A DNA stretch of 64,000 nucleotides from Basidiobolus meristosporus CBS 931.73 (taxonomy: Eukaryota > Fungi > Basidiobolomycota): assembly GCA_002104905.1 (NCBI GenBank), contig MCFE01000036.1, forward strand, positions 141,584-205,583, in the 5' to 3' direction. Of this stretch, positions 49,019-59,395 are shown piece by piece. Under the pieces are notes generated by a model that did not search any database, was not told where the DNA came from, and saw only the letters and a program-made list of their open reading frames with translations. The position numbers and the translations under genes are program-made. Numbering within the stretch: the stretch's first letter is position 1; every line of letters begins with the position of its first letter.

Positions 49019-51900
49019 TTAATTAGACGGCTTCGGAAGGATGTTCTGATTGATGGTTTTAAGCAATTCCTCCATTTGCCGAAGCTGGGCCCCAAGCCGG
49101 TGGCTATGTTCGGGGTCATGCTCTTGCGAGCCTACTTGCTGCTGGGATTCAGGCACAGCGCTCACAGCATTCACACCGTTCACAGCGTTGTTAGCGACAA
49201 GTTTGGTTAACCGGGTTTCGGTGGATTGGATCTGCTGCGACAGATTACGGATCTGGTACCAACCGATTGCGTTCGAGACGCAGAGTACAATTAGCACGAG
49301 TGCAACCAGCGTTGTGGAGGAAGTAAGGTTCAGTTTGTTTAGGAATTGCTTCAGGGCCGATGTCTCAGCTGGTGGCGGGGCCACCGGCTCGATGGTTGGC
49401 TCGGTGTTACGTCTACTCTTGATGCGCACCTGTTTCTTGGCTTTCTTACTACTCTTGGGGGCTGGCTTTTCCGAGGCGACGGTATCGGATGAGTTGTCCA
49501 CGACATGACGTACAATAAAGTTTTCGGTGTCCTTGGCAACAATCACACTTCCATCGTGCGTACTGCGCTCGATTTGACCTAGAAATTCGACTGCTGTTCA
49601 GTAGAGCCTCCTAGAAATCACACTAATACAAGAACATACTCTTGAACCACGAAGTCTTGTGCCATGTTATGGCAGCAGTTATAACCATGCGGGTCTTCCC
49701 ATTACCAGCATGCATAAAGCAGGTGCGTGTCTGGGGATTGAAATAGGTGCCGTTGGGAACATCTGGGGTAGATATGGTAGCCACTACAGAGGTGTATCTA
49801 ACAGGTGTCAATCTAGGGCCGCCCCATTAACCGTTTGAAGGCTGTGATACATACTTGTTGAAATCCTTATGATCAATCTCTTCGATAACTGTACATTTCG
49901 TTTGTTTTGGTCCTAGTTTCGAATGTTAGAGTCGACCTCCTATTCCATACCGAGAAGAAACCATACCAAAGGGCACATTGATGGGCATTGTATAGATCAG
50001 CGTTCTCTTGCCTTCGACCCAAGGTGTAACCTCGACATCTTCAAAACCAGTTATTGCGATGCTATGGGTAAGTGCTAAACGTGTTGGGTCAAGTACCTTT
50101 GTTTTTGTTCTCGATGAGAAATTCTTTCATTCCCTGGCTACCTTCACCATAAAGAATATCGTAGACCCTGTTTAAAGGCGCTGGGATGACGGTGTCTATA
50201 AGGAGGTTTTTGAAATGGTTGCTGTTGCAGCCACAGACAGTTGCTTTCGCATTATTCAAGGAGGGAGGCACATCATTGCGGAGAGTAGCATTCGAGTCTC
50301 TCGAAAGCGTCTGCGGGGCTGTGGAATTCAGTTGGGATGGATGAGCAACACTGTTGTCAGACCCAGTGGACTGTTCGGCGGGGTTGCTGTCGAAGCTGCC
50401 TTCCTCGGAAAGCTCGTCCGAATTATACCCGTCTGAATCGCTTCCTGAATCTGCCCGAGGGCCCACGCTATATGGGGATTCCAAGTTGGTCTCTGAATCA
50501 CAATAGGCAAGATTCTCGACCAGAGCGGGATGATTCTTCCTCCATAAATACACCAAGCAGTTAAAGGCAGCTTCTCTGGCCAAGAATGACCCAAAGAGGT
50601 ACTAAACCGGTGATATCAATACAGAAACTCTTATGCATCCAAGTTGCCTAGAAAATACCTTGCTTTGTAGCGTTGAAATGAGGATCGCGTTTGGAACAAA
50701 GAAAGCCATATTCCTTCGCTCAATGGAAACAACCTCTTTGAATTTGATAACGATCTGGCCATTCGAGGATGTTGGGTATTAGTGAGCCGATCTCGCCCGC
50801 AGCATAGCAGGACACTTACGTTGGTTACAAATCCAAAGATGTTGGCATAGAAGCAGATAAAATCTTCGGTAATGTACATTCGTCCATGGACTAGAATGTC
50901 TTTTTGTATAGCACAGGTATAATCTTTCGAGTGTTATCGTTCATTGTTAGTGGGTGCTGCTTATTCGCCAAGTTCAATCTGCTTACCTTCTATTAGGACA
51001 GCACTGGGTGGGATATCCTTGAACAACTGATGAAAGTCTGTGTTTTTCTTTCTGTTGGCTGTGGTCTTGCTGGAGCCTTCAGAATCATGTGCATCTTCCT
51101 TGATGTTGAAAGTGTTACTTCGAGGTCTGGCACGTCTGAGCAGACTTGAAGATCTGCCTATATTTCTTCGGTTAGGTGCGCTCTTGGATCTACATAGAGT
51201 TATGTCGAAATCGGACGAGGAATCGTCCAAGTCGGAATGGTGTTCTTGGTTGTCGGGTGGATTGTTGTTAAGCTGCTCCAGATGCTCCAAAGTTGATGTT
51301 GGAGATCCAGCAGTAACGGGGGAAGCAACAGACAGATCTGTAGCTGATGTGGCCATGGCTGGTTGGTTTATTCGAGATATATACGGTGGGGAGTTTTTTT
51401 GCGGCTCTTCGAAGGTGTTGGGGTTAACGCTCGAAGGGAGAAGTTTTGTCGGAGTGTTTGCTTGCTTGGCTGTGCTTATCAAGTTCAAAGTGGAGGCAGC
51501 ACCTGCAGCGGCGTTTAAGAAGGATGAGAAGAGATCTTTGGTTGGGCTATTGAGGGACACTAGTGTGAGAAGCGATTGCGGGACACTTAGATCACTCGGG
51601 ATCGAGTAATTTTTCGACGTAATATGTATAGGGATTGGCGCAGAAGGCGGTAGGGAATTCTTTGAGAGAGTATTTGGTATTTTAGGAGTTCGGGGGGACT
51701 CAGGTGGTTCGGTTTGAGTTTGTGAAGTGCCGGAATTCGACCTAGTGCATTCTTTAGTATTTGTCTTAACAGGGGTGTGTGGAGGGGAATATATAAGGCG
51801 TTTTTCCATATTACTCAATGGCGGGTTAGGGGGTAACCGGAAAGTGACTAATACGGTAAAGACACTCACTTACGTTTCGCAAGTTTGGCGGGTAGATCCT
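49019..51900 (-). CDS. LAM/Ltc-family sterol-transfer protein (GRAM + VASt/StARkin + C-terminal TM; multi-exon, 5' end uncertain)
   Basis: GRAM: TDFHQLFKDIP...YITEDFICFYANIFGF. VASt start: VIPAPLNRVYDILYG. C-terminal TM: LVALVLIVLCVSNAIGW. A splice donor at 51873 indicates further upstream exons. Confidence 0.85.
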
Positions 51901-52620
51901 GAGAGAACAGGGAAAATAGTCAAGTCACATTATTATACATGATTATTGAGGTTGAGTCAGATGAAAATATTACCTGATTGAATTGCTACCAAATACGCAT
52001 TATGATGATGACACGGAACGTGTGATGATTATATATATCTTGTGAAGTGTTACCTTGATCTGCAGTGGGTGCTGGCTGTGGGCGCTGGCTGTGGGTGCTG
52101 GCAGAACTGTTCCGACCAGATGACAAATATTCCCTGGCGAAGTGCTATATTGAGTGATATATTGGTACCATCTAATTCCGATAATTCCGCGGCTCTGATC
52201 TCCGTTGGTAGCGTCGGAAGCGTACGGTTGAAAGTGCCATAATTAGTGGAGCACTCTACCCCGCATCAATGGTGGTGTGTATTTGATGCAAACCGCAACC
52301 GACTGGGATGGTTTTTTTTGTTTTCGCATGCGATAGGCTTTATTCAGTCCCGAGGCTCCATTCCTATATTACCAATTTCTGATTTCAATCCCGAGGTTCC
52401 TTCCCAATATTGACAGTTACTGATGTCATTTTCTTAATCATACGTGTCTTAATGTTGGTTTAAAGTTTAATTCTGTTTAGTAAGCTAACTGCTTAATCAC
52501 AAACAATCCGATTCTGAATATATGCCTAGTATTTGATTCAAGTTTAATTGTGCTTGATGGTTCATCAACACAGAAGATAAAGTTGTTCGGTCGTGAAAAT
52601 TTCCAAGATACTTTGCTCTC

Positions 52621-55154
52621 ATGTCAGAAGCTGCACCCAGCATAGTGGTTGCAGAGGGTGTTACCCCTCTGGAGGTGGTATCAGATTCAAAACCCAGTCC
52701 AGCCTTACGTACTCCAAAAAAACGTGGTAGGCGTCCTAAGGATGGCGGAAGCGGAAAAAAACCTGCCTACAAATATGTCAAGAAGGATAGATCTATGGAC
52801 TGGAATCATGCAACATATGTACCACAGAGCGATAAACCTATATATAAGCTTAGACAGGAAGAAGCCAAACCTTGCTCGTATAGTAAGGTCAAGTCAAAAT
52901 TCCAGCAGTATCACTTGATAGAGGAAAGGTAATAATCGATGATTGGATAGTATACTACTTTGTCCAACGAAGACCCCTGGTATTAACTCATTTCTCAGTC
53001 TTGCCAAAAACTATCTTCCCGACATAAACGTAACTTCCCAGGTCAGCTTCGAGCATCACTCTACGGAAGGCACAATATGCTCTCGACCGTTAACATCGCA
53101 CATGTTACGTACGTGCCTCACGTTGATTCCAGATGTCTACTCAATTATTTATTTTTCTGGATTCTATTTCTTGAATAGCAAATCGTCGAGGCTTTCTTCT
53201 GAATAGTGGCGGCTCAGTTTGGGGGTTGGATTGGTGTCCTGAAATTCCAAGTGGAGGTACACTAGAAATCAGAGCGGCAATGATACACGATCGCTGAGCA
53301 GCCTTAAAATTTTAGAGAACCAATTCCTTGCAGTTGCTGGATACAAGGGGACGACCGGCGAGCATCACATCATTGGTGAACGAGAGACCAACAGTACTGG
53401 CTATATAGAAATTTGGAATCTGGGGCCTATAGCGAATGATGTAATGTATGAATATCATATCAAACTACAACCATTACCATGAATTAGACTCTCTAACAGC
53501 AATACCACGATGACAGTGACGAGGAAACAGAGTTCCGACCTTGGGTAGATATATGCTTTGTACACCTTAACGGTTGTGTATGGGATCTAAAATGGTGTCC
53601 TTATGGGGCGTACGACACTTCGGTATGTAGTTTAAACTTCGAGCAATGTTCGGGATTCGTTGCTGACCTCGGATGAGATAGAAAGAGTGGAATGGAGAAG
53701 ATGAAATACCAAAGATTGGAATCATTGCTGCTTGTTTTGGAGATGGCACTTTGAAAATTTTTAGCGTTCCAAACCCGGATGTGCTTAGGAAAAAGCTAGA
53801 GAAGCAAGGCCATTCATATGCCCCCAACAAGACAATATATGGTAGGTTTTACCACGCTAAGCTAAGCTTGTGTATTGCGACGAATAATTTCTCACCTACT
53901 GTAGTGCAGCTTGATGAAGTGTTGTTTGAGGCTCAATTGCCCGACACATCCCTTTGGAATCTGAGTTGGGGCGGGCACAAATGGCTATCTACTGGATGTA
54001 CCAATGGTATAAGCGAGTGTATGCGTGTGGCAAAGACTACAAGAAATGAAACCTGAAATATTTTCTTTTAGGAAATATAGCTGTGTGGGATGCGGAGAAT
54101 GCTATTATGCGAAAGAACTCGGACTTCCCGCTATTACCAGCCGATGGTGTTGTATTTTTCCGTAGCAGGCTGATAGACAACGTTCCAACTAATTAGGTTG
54201 TACATCAACATACAGACTATATGGTGCACTACTTGCCCGCTCACGATTCATGTGTTAGAAGAGTCTCGTGGAGAAGCGTCGAAAATACTGATTATATTGT
54301 AAGTTGCGGTCACGATGGCCGCTTGCTAGTTTGTGATCTTAGGGATCCCTACACTGATATGCTTACGCACCGTATCCGAGGTAAGATCATTTCACCTATG
54401 CGCATAATCCAGGAGTAAAGCCAACGTATGCATCTAGCCTTTTTGATGGCCGCATCCTGGGTGAAATTCGAATCTTCGTACAGTATTGTATTTACGGATG
54501 CAGAAAATGGTGTGCGCTTAACAGAGAAGGATGATATTAAAAAATCCGTGGGAATTATCACCCATAAAGGATGTATATGGGTATGTATTCTGACGGCGAC
54601 TATGTACTAGTGTTAGGAATAAGTTACTCATGTGTTGTAGCACGTAGATTGTTCCTCTTTACACCCTTTCGTTGCTAGTGGAGCATCCGATGGATCGGTT
54701 AGATCAACGAATTTGCGTCACTTGAGAGCTAGAAATCAGGCAAGTGTTTTTACCGGGGTAACCGAAGTAATGTGGGTCTAATCCCCTTCCAGATGACACT
54801 CTACACCTTGAAGAAAGACTCTGAGAAGAACGAGTTCATTTACGATGATAATGTCGTGTTTGAGGTAATCCGAATCTTCCGCACCTCGATTGCCTGCCTG
54901 ATATTGACTCCTATTCCACTGTAGCCGTTAGTTGCTCACAACCACACACCAGACAATTTATTCACAATGTTTTTCGCGCCAGAAGTGGCCATTCAACGGG
55001 TGCGTCTCAAGTACTTGTTTCGAGCATGGATGCTTTATTGACTTTTCGAATCTTTTGTTCCTAGGTTTCGTGGTGTCCCAACCCACAATCTGCGGCGTGG
55101 ATAGCCTCTGGAGGAACAGCGGGACTGGTTCGTGTCGAATCAGCAAGTAGGTAA
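52621..55154 (+). CDS. TFC6: TFIIIC subunit Tfc6/Sfc6/GTF3C2 (AT-hook + WD40; multi-exon)
   Basis: N-terminal AT-hook KKRGRRPK; WD pieces WLSTGCTNG, AHDSCVRRVSW, SCGHDGRL; C-terminal AAWIASGGTAGLVRVE as in GTF3C2/Sfc6. Confidence 0.8.
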
Positions 55155-56162
55155 ACGGTGGCTTATTCGGGCCTCAATAGCACGTTTCCGACTGGTTTGA
55201 TACAAAAATAGTCAAAAAATGAATAAAATCCAAATAATGAGATCAAACTATCAGAGCTTTGGTTTTGAACACTAGTGCTGATCTGAACCTTACACTAAAT
55301 AGGTTTCGTAATGACGATAGCCATATGCAGTCTGCTTCTAGATGACGGCCGAAGGGTACCACAAAATAACATCCGCACTGCAAGGATTAATCATTGGCAG
55401 CGCATAGGTCTGTGTCGTGACCAAATCATCCTAGCTGAGTTCGAATCGAGCAGTTATTCTTCGCCACCAGTCTATATCGAATGGTTGCTTGAATTCAACC
55501 CAATCCCTTGCTCTACTGCGAGCCGTTTCTATGCCGTGTTATCCTTCTTGACATTAGTAATACGCCTTGAATCTAATGCCATCTGTGATCCGATCATCTG
55601 TTATGACTGGAACCAATGGATAGCTTTCCCAGTCTGTCAATTCGATCATCTGTGCCAGTTGGTTTTAGCGTCATCATTAACAACACAACCACAATAGCAA
55701 AGTTTCAATGCGGAGTTTGGTGGATCAATTTTGAGTGAAGACTGGCCAACAGATTGCTCGGGATCCGCAGTTCTGCTGGATATTTTCCCATACCTTACTC
55801 CTACACCACTGTAGGATATATGGCCAATCCGACATCCATCTACATGTACCACAACTCATATTTACGGAGTAACGTGATTGCTGGCCATCTTCATGAACTT
55901 GATTCGCGGCCACCACAAACAATGGTATTGAGAAAGTTCTGGCGATGAGCTATGAAAAGCTACAATTCATCTCGACTGCCACTCATTTGCCAATCCTTGA
56001 CCATTTTGGCGTCACTAGATTAAACCAACCATGGGGACACGGTGACGAAGGCTAGCTGAACTACGGACAGGTGATGCCAAAGCCTATTGACACATCAACT
56101 ACTGGGTATATAAATGGATTTTCTGGCGCAAAATCCATACATCAATTACTAAGCAACCGATT

Positions 56163-56918
56163 ATGTCTCGCAGCTCACTCAAGAACAAGGTGGTCATTGT
56201 AACTGGAGGTGCTAAAAATCTAGGTGGCCTGGTCAGCAGAGATTTCGGGGCGCAGGGGGCGAAGGTGGTTGTCCACTACCACAGTCAGAGTGCCCAGCAA
56301 GATGCCGAGAAGACCATTGAAGCGATCAAGAACAGTGGAGGAGATGCCATCGGCTTCCAAGGCGATCTAACCAAGGTCTCGGAAGTGACCCGTCTATTCG
56401 ATACAGCCGTCGAGAAGTATGGTGGCGTGGATATCGCCATCAACACGGTTGGCAAAGTGCTCAAAAAGCCCATTGTGGACACCAGTGAGGAGGAGTACGA
56501 TGAGATGTTTGCCGTGAACTCGAAGTCCGCCTACTTCTTCATTCAGGAGGCAGGGAAGCGACTGAATCAAGGCGGCAAGATCATCACGGTGGTGACAGCC
56601 CTCCTTGCCGCATTCACTGGACTCTACTCCACCTATGCTGGAGCCAAAGCACCTGTGGAGCACTTCACTCGTGCTGCAGCCAAGGAGTTTGGTAGTCGAG
56701 GAATCTCCGTCACCAATGTTGCCCCGGGGCCTATGGACACGCCATTCTTTTATCCCATGGAGGGTGCTGATGCAGTTGCCTATCACAAGGCTAATGGCAT
56801 GAACGGGGAGTTGACCAAGATCGAAGACATTGCTCCGCTCATCAAGTTTCTTGCTACGGAGGGGTGGTGGATTACTGGCCAGACCATCTTTGCCAATGGT
56901 GGGTATACCACGCGCTAA
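56163..56918 (+). CDS. Classical short-chain dehydrogenase/reductase, copy 2 (251 aa, intronless)
   Basis: Same motifs as copy 1. A TATA-like TATATAAA lies near 56108 and AATAAA near 56960. Confidence 0.95.
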   Translation: MSRSSLKNKVVIVTGGAKNLGGLVSRDFGAQGAKVVVHYHSQSAQQDAEKTIEAIKNSGGDAIGFQGDLTKVSEVTRLFDTAVEKYGGVDIAINTVGKVLKKPIVDTSEEEYDEMFAVNSKSAYFFIQEAGKRLNQGGKIITVVTALLAAFTGLYSTYAGAKAPVEHFTRAAAKEFGSRGISVTNVAPGPMDTPFFYPMEGADAVAYHKANGMNGELTKIEDIAPLIKFLATEGWWITGQTIFANGGYTTR

Positions 56919-57178
56919 GCATTGCTAAATGTTTGGTGATTGGTTGTAAATTCAATGTCAATAAAATATATTAGATCTGAAGGAACAGACACCAAGTTGG
57001 TGTGGTATCAAATACTGTAAGTACTAATATCATCTGTATATAATTGGCATTTTTTGTTCTTTCCCAAAATTACAAGCTGTTCAACCAAATTTGTGAGGAT
57101 AACTCTGGCTTGGTATGGGTAACAAGGCCAAAGGAAGTCTTATTCTTTATAATGCTCAGCTACCATCAAAAACATATC

Positions 57179-58175
57179 TGTTGTATCCAAGAGAAAAGTG
57201 TAGTAAAACTCTTGAATGGTTTAACTGAGCCCAAGTGACAACCAAGTGCAGAATCTTAGAATTGTCAGAGAGTGGTGGAAATATTAGCAGAGAGATTCTA
57301 GTTGAATATTGGTCTTGTATATGTTGTAAGAGTCTTGGAGATATTGGAAGTGATTGGGAGGACAAGTAGATTGTGTGGTTTTCACTTAATGATTTATTGA
57401 ATGTAAAAGTAGTATTTATACTTTTACCTGGCCTTGGCATAACAAACACATAGAATAGGTTAAGGAAGGTCCCAAGAACATGTGTGCAAAGTTTGGGGCT
57501 GTTTGGACAACTTATCTAATTTTCATGTTCTGGGTAAATATTTGAAGTAAATCCCAACAAGGAATTTTGGTCAGTATTCTCTAGGATTTGAAGGTGATGA
57601 TCTAAGTGACTAAGTTAGGTGAATATTTAGGTGGAAATACAAATTTTTACAACAGTATATTGCAGGGTTTGGCTATAAAGGCAACAGGGTTGGTTTGCTA
57701 TGCAGGCTAGGCTTGGTGTTCATGGGAGTGCTAGATATGCTAGGCTTGGGTTGAACCTAGAATGTAATTGTTGAGTTCTTAATTTTGCTGAGACACAATA
57801 TTGATTTTGTTGAGACACACACTAACCAAAAGGCTCAGTAAGCTTTATTGATACATTTCTGATCAAGTTGAATTAGTAAACACCAAGAGACTGGACTAAT
57901 CAAAATCTGTTGGGGCATCAACAGGTGCAAAAGATAAGTGAAAATTGCATCATTCATCAGCTGATGTCTTGGCAACTGCTAAGCAGTTGGATAGATCTCA
58001 GATGACTAATCACTTGGAAAGGCTTAGTAGATCAGTTGAGGATGTAATGACCACATGAAATTGATCATGTGTGACAGCTAAAAATAGATTCTGAGAAGTG
58101 ATAAAATAAACCACAACAGGGATTAGTTTTGTTTGGGTTAGGGAAAATCAGTTAGGGGGGACACAGTCACCAACA
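57179..58175 (-). repeat. Diverged solo LTR related to the downstream chromovirus LTR, inverted and interrupted by a copia solo LTR
   Basis: 57179-57321 and 57655-58160 are reverse-complement matches to 59354-58720. The ends are TG...CA, and no TSD was found. Confidence 0.88.
57322..57654 (-). repeat. Solo LTR of the same copia family as 1-6190, with a GTATA 5-bp TSD
   Basis: 333 bp and colinear with 5858-6190; GTATA at 57317-57321 and 57655-57659. Confidence 0.95.
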
Positions 58176-58332
58176 GGTAAAATCATTATTTTAGTTGAAA
58201 CAAAGAAGCCAGCACTACTGTTGTAGCTTTGATACAAGAGTGTATAGCTGAGGGGAATTTGTAGGTAAGTTAATAAGGAGAGATGGTAGTTCTTAAGTGC
58301 TCAAGACACTGTGCAGTTGGAAGGGGGGTAGC

Positions 58333-58625
58333 TGTTATAAATATTTGTAATTCCACCTGAATATTCACCTAATTTGGTCACTTAGATCATTACCTCCAAA
58401 TCCTAGAGAATACTGACCAAGATCCTTGTTGGGATTTACTTAGAATTTTTTCACCAAAAATATCAGGTACCCAGAGCATAAAAATTCTCAAAGTTGCTCA
58501 AGCAACCCCAAGCTTTGAACACTTGTTCTTGGGACCTTCCTAAACCTAATCTATGTGATTGTTATGCCAATACCATGTGAAAGTATAAATAGTACTTTTA
58601 CATTCAATAAATCATTAAGTGAGAA
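58333..58625 (+). repeat. Truncated, more diverged copia-family LTR in the opposite orientation
   Basis: TGTTATAAATATTTGTAATTCCACC...CATTCAATAAATCATTAAGTGA is a reverse-complement match to the 5858-6190 LTR. Confidence 0.85.
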
Positions 58626-58657
58626 GGGTTAGGGGAGGGAAAGTCACCAAGGCAGGT

Positions 58658-59354
58658 TGTTGTGCATCAACATTTAAAACTTAGCCAATTTTACTCCGTT
58701 TGAAAATCTAGTACCCTAACTGATTTTCCCTAACCCAAACATAACAAATCCCAGTTACAGTTTATTTTATCCCACCTCAGAATCTATTTTTAGCTATCAC
58801 ACCTGATCTATTTTCAAATGGTCATTACGTTATCAACCTATCTGCCAAGCCTTCCCAGGTGATTAGTCATCTGAGATCTATCCAACCACTGTGCAGTTGC
58901 CAAGACATCAGTTGATTGATGATGTAATTTTCATTTATCTTATGCACCTATGAACACCCAAATTGATTTCAATCAATCCAGTCCCTTGGCGCTGACTAAT
59001 TCAACTTGATCAGAAAAGTATAAATAAAGTTTACTGAACCTTTTGGTTTAGTGTGTGTCTCAACGAAATTAAGATTCTGTCTCAGCAAAAATAAGAATCC
59101 AACAATTCCGTTCTAGTTTCTATCCAAGCCTAGTATATCTAGCACTCCAAAGAACACCAAGCCTAGCCTGCCTAGCAAACAAATATCATTGCCTTTATAG
59201 CCAACCCAGCTATATCCAAGACCAATATTAGATCAGAATCTTTCTGCTAATATTTCCGCCACTCTCTGACAATTCTAAGATTCTGCACTTAATTGTCCCT
59301 TTGGTTCAGTTAAACCATTCAAGAGTTTTATTACACTTTCTCTTGGATACAACA
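58658..59354 (+). repeat. Chromovirus 5' LTR (697 bp)
   Basis: TG...CA ends and a TATAAATAAA box at 59019; the 3' end is defined by the inverted relative at 57179. Confidence 0.92.
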
Positions 59355-59395
59355 TTTTTTTTTGTTGAATTCCATTACATTCAGCCAATTAGAAG

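Noticed and set aside
55437-55447. B-box-like GAGTTCGAATC as part of a tRNA gene
   Set aside because: No A-box spacing or cloverleaf could be built, and no tRNA or rRNA gene was found anywhere in the window.
57174-58180. Target-site duplication for the inverted chromovirus-type LTR
   Set aside because: The flanks ATATC and GGTAA do not match, so a clean solo-LTR origin is not shown.
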